Part shown: positions 9,200 to 18,943 of the stretch, piece after piece
Layout of the letters: every line of letters begins with the position of its first letter
Numbering within the stretch: the stretch's first letter is position 1
Source of the DNA: Fibrobacteria bacterium
Lineage (GTDB): Bacteria; Fibrobacterota; Fibrobacteria; UBA11236; JADFYW01
Direction of reading: 5' to 3'
DNA length: 64,000 nt
NCBI GenBank assembly: GCA_050294405.1
Contig: JBNKOC010000030.1
Location: forward strand, 44,397-108,396
Made by a program: the position numbers and the translations under genes
Notes under the pieces: model-generated
The model's input: only the letters and a program-made list of their open reading frames with translations
Databases searched by the model: none
What the model was told of the DNA's origin: nothing

Positions 9200-12100
9200 A
9201 TGAACAAATCTGCCCCCAACTTTAAATCTTTATTTCTATTTCTGATATTCTCATGCCTTGCTGGTTTTGCGTTTTTGAGTTGTCTGCACATTTCAGAAAG
9301 CGACACTGTACAGGTTCGATTTTCCAATCCCAATGAAAACTCAATCCAGGATAATATTGAAAGCATAAAAGTATTGCTGGCATATGACAATGGGGATACC
9401 CTGGTAATTTTCGAGGGAAGTAAAGAGTCAACCGGATTTTTGGGTCCCTGGGAAGCCAGTTCCAAAAAGTCTAATGTGGTGTTGATAATTATTCAGTATG
9501 ATATTAATGGGCTGGAAATATCAAATGAAAAATACAGCTATACATTTAAAAATAAAACGTTTGTTATTGATCCAAAGTTGGAAATTACTCCAAGCAAGCT
9601 ATCATTGCAAGCAGGCGCAGAACCCATTCAATTAGCATATAAGTTATTTCCTTCATCTTTAGAATTGCCTATTCAGTGGAGTTCCAGCAACCCAGAGTTT
9701 GCTTCAGTTACAAACCAGGGTATCATAACTCCACTTAAAGAGGGAACTTTGCAAATAATAGGGGCGGCGGATGATCTTACAGATACTTGTTATGTTACGG
9801 TGCTATCCCAAGCTCAAGATAAAGATACCTTGACCATATTATCTCCTCTGGAAAATGTTTTGGCGAGTGCTGGGGAAAATGCGGAATTTAAAATAATGGC
9901 AGAAGGTGAAAGTATATCTTACCGTTGGAGCTTGGATGGAGAAATAGTAGAAGGTCAAGTTGGTTCCACTTTTACCCTTTCTGCTGTTGGCCTTGAATTA
10001 AACAATGCCAAAATTTCGGTAGAAGTATATACAAAGGATACAGCAGTTGTTGAGGTCGCAAACTTATATGTGATTAATCCCTCAGATCCGCTGGCATTCG
10101 TTGAGAAAATTCCAGACTATTCTCTTTCCGAGGGTCAGAGCGTTTCCATTAAGGCACTTGTGAATAAATTATCCGGGGTGAGTTATTCATGGGAAAAAGA
10201 AGGAAATGTGGTTTCCAGTGAGGCAGGCTATTCAATAGCCTCTTTTAGTGAATTGGATACTGGTTTATACATTATTAATGTGGCGTGGGAAGATCAAGTT
10301 GTTTCCGATAGTTTTTTTATGGAACTTACGGAATTGGAATATTTTGAAATAACCGTTGCTCCTGTTGCAAATGGAAAGGTTATGTATATGGATAGCTCAA
10401 TTTCAAAGTTATCCATACTTAAAGGGGAAAGTGCGAATTTGGTATTTGAGCCGGACCCGGGGTATGTAATCGATATTATTTCTCTAAATGGAGTTAACAA
10501 TGATGAAGCTGCTTTAAGTGGAGAATTAGCTTTAGAAAATATAAATGAAAACTTTAATATTGTTGCGAGCTTTAAAAAGGCCAGCTATTCCCTAAAAATT
10601 TCTTTAAATGATTCCTCAATGGGCAGTGTTTCTTTGCAACCAAATAGCTCTTTATTTCAATATGGGGACAGCGTTATCCTTGAAGCAATACCTGCCAGCG
10701 TAGATTATAAATTTACAGGTTGGCTTGGAGACATATCTTCAAATGAAAGTCAGCTGGTTGTTGTAATGGACAAAAATTATGATTTGCAAGCTAACTTTAG
10801 TTTAATCGGAAAATACAGCATTAATATGTCGGTGTTATCTGGTTTGTCCTCAGGAACTGTAACATTAGACCCAGACAGCAATTCTTACAACAGCGGTACG
10901 GTGGTTAGCCTTATTGCCAGCCCAAAAGAGGGGTGGAAATTTTCTGGATGGGAAGGGGATGATAATCAACTTACCGGGATAGAAAATCCCCTGGAAATAA
11001 CTGTGGGACAAACAGACATTAATGGAGCGGCAACGTTTTCTAAAATTCCGATAACTATTGAACTGTCTACTTTGCCAGATTTGGAAAACCCAGGGAACCC
11101 TCAGCCTGGAAAAACGGAATATTTCTGGGGAGACACTATTGCTCTTTCAGCAAATCCTAACACAACAGATGGTTGGATATTTGAACATTGGGAATTAACG
11201 GCTTCGAATGATGGGTTCATTCAATATATAAATAGTGATAGCACCCAGGAGTCTGCAGATCTTTTGGTAAAAGCTGAAACAGTAGGGGCTGTGGCCCATT
11301 ATAGTCAAAAGGAATATACGATTACTCCTTCTGTAACCGGGAATGGGAATGTAACCCCTTCAACAGCAACTATAGTGAAACATGGTGGCAATGCAGATTT
11401 TCAAATAAGCCCAAATTCAAGTTATGAAATTTCAAAAATAACTGTTGATGGTAGTGATTTAAATTTATCGAATTTCAGTGGGACGTATTCATTTGAAAAT
11501 GTTACTTCAGATCATAGTATTGATGTGGTATTTCAAAAAATCACTCACAACATTAGTGTGATTCAGGTAAATAATGGAGAAATACGCATAAATAATTCTG
11601 TGGCTGGTGATTTAACTGAGGTGGATGACGGATCAAACTTAACAGTCACATTTGTTCCAGATAATGGTTATGAAATCACCAATGTTTATATTGATGGTTT
11701 GGCGAATGCCGCAGCAGCTTCACTTGGCTCTTATACTTTCACAAATATTCAGACAAGCCATTCGGTAACGGCATCATTCACCATAAAAAAATATTCTGTC
11801 ACTTTCATTGAGGGAACAAATGGTTCCAGGATTGGGGGAGGGGCGTTAAGCCAAACCATAAATCATGGTTCAGCAGCTTCCGCTCCAAGCATGCTGGCAA
11901 ATGAAGGTTGGATTTTTGATGGATGGGATATCAGTTTTTCTAATGTAACAACGGACCTCACTATCTCAGCGCAATATTCCCGGCAAACATTTACGGTTAC
12001 TATTGCTGCAGCCAATGGGGGTAGCGTTAATCCATCTGGAGCACAAACCGTATTTTACGGTTCTAACCTAAATATTTCGGCATCTCCTTCCCCTTCGTAC

Positions 12101-12751
12101 AATGATTTTGAAAATTGGAGTGTGACCGGTTCTTTAAATGTGACCAATGCAAATTCATCATCCACAACTATTACAAATATTACATCAGATGGAACGGTTA
12201 CTGCTAATTTTTGGGTATGCGGCAGAGATAACTTAGTGGACGGCCGATTTGGAAATCAGTCCTATTCAACCGTAGTGGCATCAAGCCAGTGTTGGATGGG
12301 GGAAAATTTTAATGGGGGTACTTATATTAATAGTTCCACTACAACCCAAGATGCTACCAACGGAACAGTTGAAAAATTTTGCTGGAATGATTTTTCATCC
12401 CTGTGTACTCAAAGTGGAGGTATGTATATCTGGTATGAAGCCATGGGTAATAATAGGCAGGCAAAGGCCCAGGGAATCTGTCCGCAAAATTGGCATATTC
12501 CTGACACTGCAGAAGTTACCTTGCTAATTAACTCCGGGGCAGATATCCAGCAGAATATTGTTGGTACAAGTACGGGAAATGGCGGCTTTGAGAGCGAAGG
12601 TTTTGATAGCGGTTATTGGACTTCCAATTATTCTGATAATGGTACCTTTTTAAATCCCTATTTCTTTAATATCGAAATGGGATTGAGCTCCAGTGGGCAT
12701 AGAGCAACCTGGGACTTTTTTGGCCTTAACCTTAGATGCATAAAGGATTAG
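9200..12751 (+). CDS. Large surface (lipo)protein with Ig-like and InlB/Flg_new-type repeats and a C-terminal FISUMP (Fib_succ_major) domain
   Basis: Signal peptide with LSC; Big_2-like WSSSNPEFASV; repeated GxVxLxP...Y..G..V.L.A.P..G..F.GW units; C-terminal DGRFGNQSYSTV...QCWMGENFN...GICPQNWHIP...LRCIKD. Confidence 0.75.
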   Translation: MNKSAPNFKSLFLFLIFSCLAGFAFLSCLHISESDTVQVRFSNPNENSIQDNIESIKVLLAYDNGDTLVIFEGSKESTGFLGPWEASSKKSNVVLIIIQYDINGLEISNEKYSYTFKNKTFVIDPKLEITPSKLSLQAGAEPIQLAYKLFPSSLELPIQWSSSNPEFASVTNQGIITPLKEGTLQIIGAADDLTDTCYVTVLSQAQDKDTLTILSPLENVLASAGENAEFKIMAEGESISYRWSLDGEIVEGQVGSTFTLSAVGLELNNAKISVEVYTKDTAVVEVANLYVINPSDPLAFVEKIPDYSLSEGQSVSIKALVNKLSGVSYSWEKEGNVVSSEAGYSIASFSELDTGLYIINVAWEDQVVSDSFFMELTELEYFEITVAPVANGKVMYMDSSISKLSILKGESANLVFEPDPGYVIDIISLNGVNNDEAALSGELALENINENFNIVASFKKASYSLKISLNDSSMGSVSLQPNSSLFQYGDSVILEAIPASVDYKFTGWLGDISSNESQLVVVMDKNYDLQANFSLIGKYSINMSVLSGLSSGTVTLDPDSNSYNSGTVVSLIASPKEGWKFSGWEGDDNQLTGIENPLEITVGQTDINGAATFSKIPITIELSTLPDLENPGNPQPGKTEYFWGDTIALSANPNTTDGWIFEHWELTASNDGFIQYINSDSTQESADLLVKAETVGAVAHYSQKEYTITPSVTGNGNVTPSTATIVKHGGNADFQISPNSSYEISKITVDGSDLNLSNFSGTYSFENVTSDHSIDVVFQKITHNISVIQVNNGEIRINNSVAGDLTEVDDGSNLTVTFVPDNGYEITNVYIDGLANAAAASLGSYTFTNIQTSHSVTASFTIKKYSVTFIEGTNGSRIGGGALSQTINHGSAASAPSMLANEGWIFDGWDISFSNVTTDLTISAQYSRQTFTVTIAAANGGSVNPSGAQTVFYGSNLNISASPSPSYNDFENWSVTGSLNVTNANSSSTTITNITSDGTVTANFWVCGRDNLVDGRFGNQSYSTVVASSQCWMGENFNGGTYINSSTTTQDATNGTVEKFCWNDFSSLCTQSGGMYIWYEAMGNNRQAKAQGICPQNWHIPDTAEVTLLINSGADIQQNIVGTSTGNGGFESEGFDSGYWTSNYSDNGTFLNPYFFNIEMGLSSSGHRATWDFFGLNLRCIKD

Positions 12752-12839
12752 TAATTATTTAAGCTTACAATCGCATATAGATTTTGTGGCTTATCAATTT
12801 TTTGTTTTACGACAATGCTTGATTTAACCGAAAAGATTC

Positions 12840-13280
12840 TTGCAGCCTGTCAATAATTCAAATTATAAAGTTCTATTTATTCCAATTTTGAAAAAGAATT
12901 TATCAATAACAATAGTTGGCCTGGCACTGGCCACATCCCTCCTCTTTCTATCTTGCATACCTATGGGTTCCAAGACCTATGATGACCTGGAGCCACAGGA
13001 CATGCCTGATAATCCCACTTATGAAAGCCACGTAAAGTTTATCATTGAAGAAAAATGCAGCTTGTGCCATTCCTCTGAATCGGGAAGAATGGCTGAAGAT
13101 ATTTCGTACGATAAATATAGTGATTGTATTCCTAAAAAAGGCGGGCACCGGGGTTGGAAAGGGATTGAGGAAGCCGCAATTGAAGAAAAGTCAATGCCCC
13201 CAGGAAGCAAGGAAAGGTTAACTCCTAAAGAAACAGCTATTTTATTGCGTTGGAAGGAACAAGGTTTTGTTAAAGAATAG
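12840..13280 (+). CDS. Small monoheme c-type cytochrome lipoprotein
   Basis: Lipobox LFLSC, PTYESHVKFII..KCSLCH, distal-Met motif SMPP, LT..E...L..W..QG. The true start may be downstream of 12840. Confidence 0.75.
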   Translation: MQPVNNSNYKVLFIPILKKNLSITIVGLALATSLLFLSCIPMGSKTYDDLEPQDMPDNPTYESHVKFIIEEKCSLCHSSESGRMAEDISYDKYSDCIPKKGGHRGWKGIEEAAIEEKSMPPGSKERLTPKETAILLRWKEQGFVKE

Positions 13281-14703
13281 CTTGCCACTTGGTGTTTTTT
13301 GGATGTTGTTTTTGACATCTGAATTATTGGCTCTTCCCCAATATGCAGCCAGGTCGGCCAGAGTTTGTTCCAATTGCCATGTGAACCCCTTAAAAACTCC
13401 AACGCAAAAAGCCTGGGATAACCCTGATTTAAAAGACAGGAAATGCAATATGTCCTGCCAGGGCTGCCATATCAATCCTGCAGGCGGAGGGTTGCGAAAC
13501 GCTCCAGGAAGATTTTACGCAATGAGCACGTTGCCCACCTTAGGTGCTAAGTTACGGCCTTACAGGGATGTGGGCAGCAGAGATATAGAATTATTAACCT
13601 CAATGTTGTCTAATTCTGATTCCGCTTCAACAACCAAGCCAAAAGGCTCAGAAGCCTCTGATTTTTCCAAGGAGGGAAAGTGGTTTTATCCTGATGATTG
13701 GCTAAGTTATGGGTATCCCTTAAAGACAAAATCAAATCAGAGCTCCTACGCTTACCAGCAAGACAGAATGGGACCTATAAATGCGGATCCCTTTCTTACA
13801 TTGGGAGCAAACTTTCGTTTAGCTGATTGGTTCGCTTCCGGTGAAAATTTTATTTTCCCCATGCAGGCTGAGGTCGGAGCGGCTATACATCCGGTGGAAC
13901 ATATTAGCCTTGCATCCACAGGAGCCTTGCAGGGCAGAACGGAAGGCCTTTCAGGAAAGGATGATCCAGAATATAGTCCAATTAAAATTCAAAATGCTTT
14001 TTTACTAATCCATGAACTTCCTTTTCAAAGTTATTTTCAGGGAGGTTTGTTTTTACCGGAATTTGGATTGCGTCAGGAAGATCATACCCAGGCCAATCGG
14101 AAATATTTTGAAATGGACCCTTCTCTGATTGAAAATCAGGTACAGGGTTTTCAAATTGGTATGGCTCCAAATTATCCATATAGCAGTGTTTCTTTTTTCC
14201 AATTGCAGGATAAAAATTGGAATTCCACGGGCTTGGGAACAGCCTTTAATTTGTATTGGAGGGATGTTAGCTGGGGAGCAGGGGCTTCCTACATGGGCAA
14301 GTGGAGAAAATTTAAGGATGGAGGCGATATTCAGGCGCTAAGTGTTAACGGATATTTTAACCTTTGGAAGTTTTTGCCTAAAACCCGATTTGCGTACCCC
14401 ATAGTTATTCAAATGGAATATGTTTACGGTTACAAAAACCGGACGGCTAGCAGTTATAAATCCCAACATGGAAGCTTTGTGCAGTTGGACTATTTGGTCC
14501 AGAATGGATTGAATTTAAAAGCGAACTTTAGTTTCTATGATGACGATTTACAACTTAAAGAGGACGCTGGCTACCGTGGCGGATTAGGCTTTGACTGGAC
14601 TATTTTTAGGGGCCTTCGCTATTCTGTGGAAACCCGGTCATTTCTAACGGAAACGGGTGGGACTAACGCGGACTTGATTATGTTTCTCCACGCGTATTTG
14701 TAA
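13267..14703 (+). CDS. Cytochrome c-outer membrane beta-barrel fusion with two CxxCH motifs (Cyc2-like architecture)
   Basis: Signal peptide, then LPQYAARSARVCSNCH...CQGCHINPAGGGLRNAPGRFY. The C-terminal part has amphipathic beta strands and ends FLHAYL. Confidence 0.7.
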   Translation: MLKNSLPLGVFWMLFLTSELLALPQYAARSARVCSNCHVNPLKTPTQKAWDNPDLKDRKCNMSCQGCHINPAGGGLRNAPGRFYAMSTLPTLGAKLRPYRDVGSRDIELLTSMLSNSDSASTTKPKGSEASDFSKEGKWFYPDDWLSYGYPLKTKSNQSSYAYQQDRMGPINADPFLTLGANFRLADWFASGENFIFPMQAEVGAAIHPVEHISLASTGALQGRTEGLSGKDDPEYSPIKIQNAFLLIHELPFQSYFQGGLFLPEFGLRQEDHTQANRKYFEMDPSLIENQVQGFQIGMAPNYPYSSVSFFQLQDKNWNSTGLGTAFNLYWRDVSWGAGASYMGKWRKFKDGGDIQALSVNGYFNLWKFLPKTRFAYPIVIQMEYVYGYKNRTASSYKSQHGSFVQLDYLVQNGLNLKANFSFYDDDLQLKEDAGYRGGLGFDWTIFRGLRYSVETRSFLTETGGTNADLIMFLHAYL

Positions 14704-14964
14704 ATCAAAATAAAATGCTTTCGCTGTAGTCTAAAAATATCAATTCCAAGCTTTTCAAATCCAATGGAGAGATCTGCACGGGAGCTTGGTTGCAAATGCA
14801 GCCATAAACTGCAATATTGGTCAAACTAGTAAAGTAAAAATGCCGCTAATTCCCTGCATCCAAGAAAACTGATAAAAATGACCAAATAGCCTAATAAAAT
14901 TCAGGGATTTTAGGCTATATTGAGTTCAAAGTTGCTCATTTTTTTAATTTTATAGCTGGGGTTT

Positions 14965-16326
14965 TTGCTCCGCTATTTTAGGAAAATGATTATCAAGCCA
15001 TTTGAATTATTTTGTTTAAAGCCTTTTTTGTGGCTTTTTCTATTTGCAACAAGCCTTATTTCCCAGCCAGCGGATTTCATTTTAATTTTAAAAAGTCCCC
15101 AACAAAATCTCGTAACATCGATAATTGAAGACCATGGCTTAAAAATCAAGTCGCGTATTTTGAGAGATGGAAATTCGCCCATTGTTTCAGTTTACAATAG
15201 TTCAGGAATGTCCATGCTGCAAATGGAAAACATTTTGCAAGGGGATAGCCGAATTCAAATTGTGGAAAAAGAACAGTTGTATAAAATCACATCGGATCCC
15301 ACGAATGATCCTTTGTATAAAGATCAATGGGGCCTTCACAAAAATTCCAGCGCAGAAAGAGGGATAAATTCTGGCGCATCCTGGAGTTTGTATAGGGGAA
15401 ATGAATCAATAGTTATTGCCATTATTGACACTGGTGTTGATTATTTACATCCTGATTTAACCGATAATATGTGGAATAACCCAAAAGAAATTCCCAATAA
15501 TAATATTGATGATGACAAAAATGGCTACAAAGATGATGTATATGGCTGGGATTTTCACGGTAGAGATGGAAACCCTATGGATGGGAATAGCCATGGCACT
15601 TTAGTAGCCGGAGTAGTAGGCGCCCGGGGTGATAATCATTTAGGAGGTTCGGGAGTAATACAGCGCTGTAAATTAATGGCTCTAAAGGGGCTGTCAGATG
15701 ACGGTTTTGGCTATACATCCGATTTAGCGGAAGCCATAATTTATGCCGTAGACAATGGGGCAAGGGTTATTAACGCCAGCTGGGGTGGAGGAGGTTTTTC
15801 TCCAACTTTATTTGCGGCTTTGGAATATGCAAAATCTCATGATGTTGTTTTCGTAGCTGCAGCGGGTAACTCCAGGAGAAATAACGATGATTTTCCTTTT
15901 TACCCCGCTTCCTATGAGTTAGATAACATTGTATCTGTTGGAGCCACGGAAAAAAATGGGATAAAGGCGGGTTTTTCTCATTTTGGCAAAAACTCAGTGG
16001 ATATATTTGCACCAGGAGTTGGCATTTTATCTACAGCTCCTGGCGGCGGGTATTTCCCTCAATCCGGCACCAGTCTGGCAGCGCCTTTTGTGACTGGAGC
16101 TTTTGGCCTTTTAATTTCTTCCAGTCCTAATTGGACTTATTTAGATTACCAGAGAGTGATTTATAACACGGTTCATAAATCAGGGGATTTGAATAGTCTT
16201 TGTAAAAGCGGTGGAATATTAGATATATATTCTGCTTTAAATGAACGGCATGAATTTCCGAGAAGGTTGGACAAAAAAACAATTGTTAGAAGTTTGCTTA
16301 GTTTACATCAGAATAAAAAGCTGTAG
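14965..16326 (+). CDS. Subtilisin-like S8 serine peptidase
   Basis: Catalytic triad motifs IIDTG, HGTLVAG, SGTSLAAP and oxyanion AAAGN; signal peptide and pro-domain. Confidence 0.92.
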   Translation: MLRYFRKMIIKPFELFCLKPFLWLFLFATSLISQPADFILILKSPQQNLVTSIIEDHGLKIKSRILRDGNSPIVSVYNSSGMSMLQMENILQGDSRIQIVEKEQLYKITSDPTNDPLYKDQWGLHKNSSAERGINSGASWSLYRGNESIVIAIIDTGVDYLHPDLTDNMWNNPKEIPNNNIDDDKNGYKDDVYGWDFHGRDGNPMDGNSHGTLVAGVVGARGDNHLGGSGVIQRCKLMALKGLSDDGFGYTSDLAEAIIYAVDNGARVINASWGGGGFSPTLFAALEYAKSHDVVFVAAAGNSRRNNDDFPFYPASYELDNIVSVGATEKNGIKAGFSHFGKNSVDIFAPGVGILSTAPGGGYFPQSGTSLAAPFVTGAFGLLISSSPNWTYLDYQRVIYNTVHKSGDLNSLCKSGGILDIYSALNERHEFPRRLDKKTIVRSLLSLHQNKKL

Positions 16327-16338
16327 AAAGAGGGCATA

Positions 16339-17661
16339 ATGCGCACTAAAATTATTTTAATTATCCTTGGGTGTTTGTTTTATCTGGGTTTTGGCCAGGG
16401 TGGCGGTGGGGAAAATTCTCCCATAAAATTTTATAATTTGGAAAAAGAATACAGTAAAACCATAACTTACGCATATACGCCAAAAGAAGCTTCGGCACTT
16501 GAGTTAAAGCAAATCCTGGCAAATATGCTTTCTATTTTTGGTTCTATCTATGTAAATGAAGTTACTAATACAATTTTTCTAACTGATACTGAAGAAAAAA
16601 TTGAAGATGTGAAAGCCATATTGCCTAGCCTGGATTTGAAAAATATTAAAGCCGGAAACAATTTGGTTTCGGAAGTAATGTATTTAAAACACGAAAATGT
16701 TTTTGATGTAAGCAGTATAATCCGCCACAAGCTTTCCGGAGAAGGGAATCTGTATGAGATAGCTAATTTAAATGCCATGGTTGTAACTGATATAAGTTCG
16801 AAAATCGGCGAAGTTAAAAACCTATTGGAAAAAATTGATGTTCCTAACCCCCAGATTGCCATTGAAATAAGTGTGGTAGAATTTAACAATGAATATTTTT
16901 CGAAATTAGGCATTAATATATTTGATTGGCTGCAGGGATTAAATGCGGGTATTGATATTTATAAAATGGACGATGGAACAACCAGAACTTCTGTTACTTT
17001 GCAAAATAAGGGAGAAGGCCCCATTAGCACCGGCGGAGAATTTTTAATATCCGAATTAGACAGAAGCAGCCAGCACAAGTTGCGTTCAGAAATAAACATC
17101 AGTGATTTAGTTAATTTTATTAATGAAAACGCCGATGGCGCCGTGCTTGCCAACTCCAGAATTATTACCAGAAATAATAAACAGGCCATATTAAATGCCC
17201 GTGAATATTTGCCTCACCAGTTTTTTGAACAAAATTTAGCAGAGGCAAATCCCTTTACTCAGTTGTCTTTAACGGGAACGACAGTTAGGGTCACACCAAC
17301 TATTCAACAAGATAGCATGATAAATTTGAAAATTATTCCTGTGGTGGCAAATCTAACAGGATGGAGCCCCAAGGGAATGCCGATTGTTTTTGAGAGAAGT
17401 TTGGATACGGAGGTGAAGGTTAAAAATAATACCATTTTTGCCTTGGGCGGTTTAAACAAAAAAGAAAAAGTTAAAATCCGCAGAGGAATTCCCATTTTAA
17501 AAGATATTCCTCTGCTAAGGGTATTCTTTTCCACCCAGCAGGATGTGGTTTTAGAAAGGGAAGTTTTGATTTTTATAAAGCCTGTCTTACAGGAATACTA
17601 CAGTTCCTCCGAAGAGTCCATGAAAAATATGATGGAACGTTTTGAACCCAGTAAAGAATAA
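16339..17661 (+). CDS. Secretin (type II/III secretion system outer-membrane pore family)
   Basis: Two N-domain-like repeats, PQIAIEISVVE, VTPTI...I.LKI.P, R.LDTEVKVKN...LGGL, GIPILKDIPLL, EVLIFIKP. Confidence 0.82.
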   Translation: MRTKIILIILGCLFYLGFGQGGGGENSPIKFYNLEKEYSKTITYAYTPKEASALELKQILANMLSIFGSIYVNEVTNTIFLTDTEEKIEDVKAILPSLDLKNIKAGNNLVSEVMYLKHENVFDVSSIIRHKLSGEGNLYEIANLNAMVVTDISSKIGEVKNLLEKIDVPNPQIAIEISVVEFNNEYFSKLGINIFDWLQGLNAGIDIYKMDDGTTRTSVTLQNKGEGPISTGGEFLISELDRSSQHKLRSEINISDLVNFINENADGAVLANSRIITRNNKQAILNAREYLPHQFFEQNLAEANPFTQLSLTGTTVRVTPTIQQDSMINLKIIPVVANLTGWSPKGMPIVFERSLDTEVKVKNNTIFALGGLNKKEKVKIRRGIPILKDIPLLRVFFSTQQDVVLEREVLIFIKPVLQEYYSSSEESMKNMMERFEPSKE

Positions 17662-17743
17662 AATTAAAGGAGTTTTTAAAATTGAGGAATGCCGCATTGA
17701 ATGAGGCGTGCGAAAAAAACTCCAATTAGGTATTTGATAATAT

Positions 17744-18523
17744 ATGAATTACATAGACACCCACTGCCACATAGATGGCATTTTAAAGAAAAAAGAATTT
17801 AGCGATTATCCCAAATTAAAAGCAGATCACTTTCCCCAAAATTTTGAGGGAGCAATAACCATCTCCTGCGATCCTAATTCCATTGAAGCTGTATTGGGGC
17901 TAATGGAGTTTGAAGAAGTATATGCCGCCTTTGGCATACATCCCCATGATGCCAAAGAATATTCGGATTCTTTGGAAGAAAAATTAAAGGAATGTATGGC
18001 AAATTCCAAAACCCTTGCCTGGGGTGAAATCGGGTTGGATTACCATTACAATTTTTCAGATCCTAATACTCAAAAAAAAGTTTTTATCCGCCAAATAGAG
18101 AAAGCCATTGAGCTGGATAAGCCCATAGTCATTCACACCAGGGAAGCAGAAGAAGACAGCCTTCAAATAATGAAGGAACATATTCCTAACAATTGGAAAG
18201 TGCATGTGCATTGTTTTACGAGTTCGCTAAACATGGCAGAAAACTTATTAAGCCATTTTGAGAATTTATACCTTGGGTTTACAGGGGTAATCACCTTTAA
18301 GAATTCAGAAGAGTTAAAAAAAGTGGCGGCGATGACCCCAAATGAGCGTTTCCTTTTGGAAACGGATGCTCCCTATTTAGCTCCAGTCCCTTACAGGGGT
18401 AAACCCTGCCATAGCGGATATATTCCTTTTATTGCCGAAGAATTAGCTAAAATTAAGGCTACGAGTTTGGATGAAATTTACGCTCTTGCCAGAGAAAATA
18501 CCCGACAAATGTATGGCATCTAA
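17744..18523 (+). CDS. tatD: TatD family hydrolase
   Basis: IDTHCH, GIHPH, GEIGLDY, IHTREA, HCF, LETDAPYL. Confidence 0.92.
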   Translation: MNYIDTHCHIDGILKKKEFSDYPKLKADHFPQNFEGAITISCDPNSIEAVLGLMEFEEVYAAFGIHPHDAKEYSDSLEEKLKECMANSKTLAWGEIGLDYHYNFSDPNTQKKVFIRQIEKAIELDKPIVIHTREAEEDSLQIMKEHIPNNWKVHVHCFTSSLNMAENLLSHFENLYLGFTGVITFKNSEELKKVAAMTPNERFLLETDAPYLAPVPYRGKPCHSGYIPFIAEELAKIKATSLDEIYALARENTRQMYGI

Positions 18524-18529
18524 TGCGGA

Positions 18530-18943
18530 CTATTTAAATTCGGACTCGTCTGCTGTTTGAGAATTGCGCCTTCTTACGTTAGAACCTGAGCGGCGTTCTT
18601 CCCCTTCAATTAATTGTTTTTCAGCTCTTACATCTGCTACTTTTTGTTCCCACTCTTTAATGGCAAAATCAAGCTGAGAGCGGCTTTCTTTAATCTTTAA
18701 ATTTATTTCGCTCAGCTTGGTTTTAAGCTCTGCCTGCTGAAGCCGCAAAACTCTTTCGTTAGGAAACTTCTGCAAGTGGCCAAGGGTAATAAAGTACTCC
18801 TTTTCCAGCGCCTTTTTTTCTTTTAACAATTGGTTGTATTCGTTATATGATTTCTCTACAGCGGGATTGGATAGGCTGCAACTTAATAACATGGCCATTC
18901 CGAATAGGAGGGATATTTTAATAAAATTTGAAACCATTTTCAA
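18530..18943 (-). CDS. Hypothetical coiled-coil lipoprotein
   Basis: Lipobox LLSC and a helical charged body; overlaps the end of the upstream gene. Confidence 0.6.
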   Translation of the reverse strand: MKMVSNFIKISLLFGMAMLLSCSLSNPAVEKSYNEYNQLLKEKKALEKEYFITLGHLQKFPNERVLRLQQAELKTKLSEINLKIKESRSQLDFAIKEWEQKVADVRAEKQLIEGEERRSGSNVRRRNSQTADESEFK

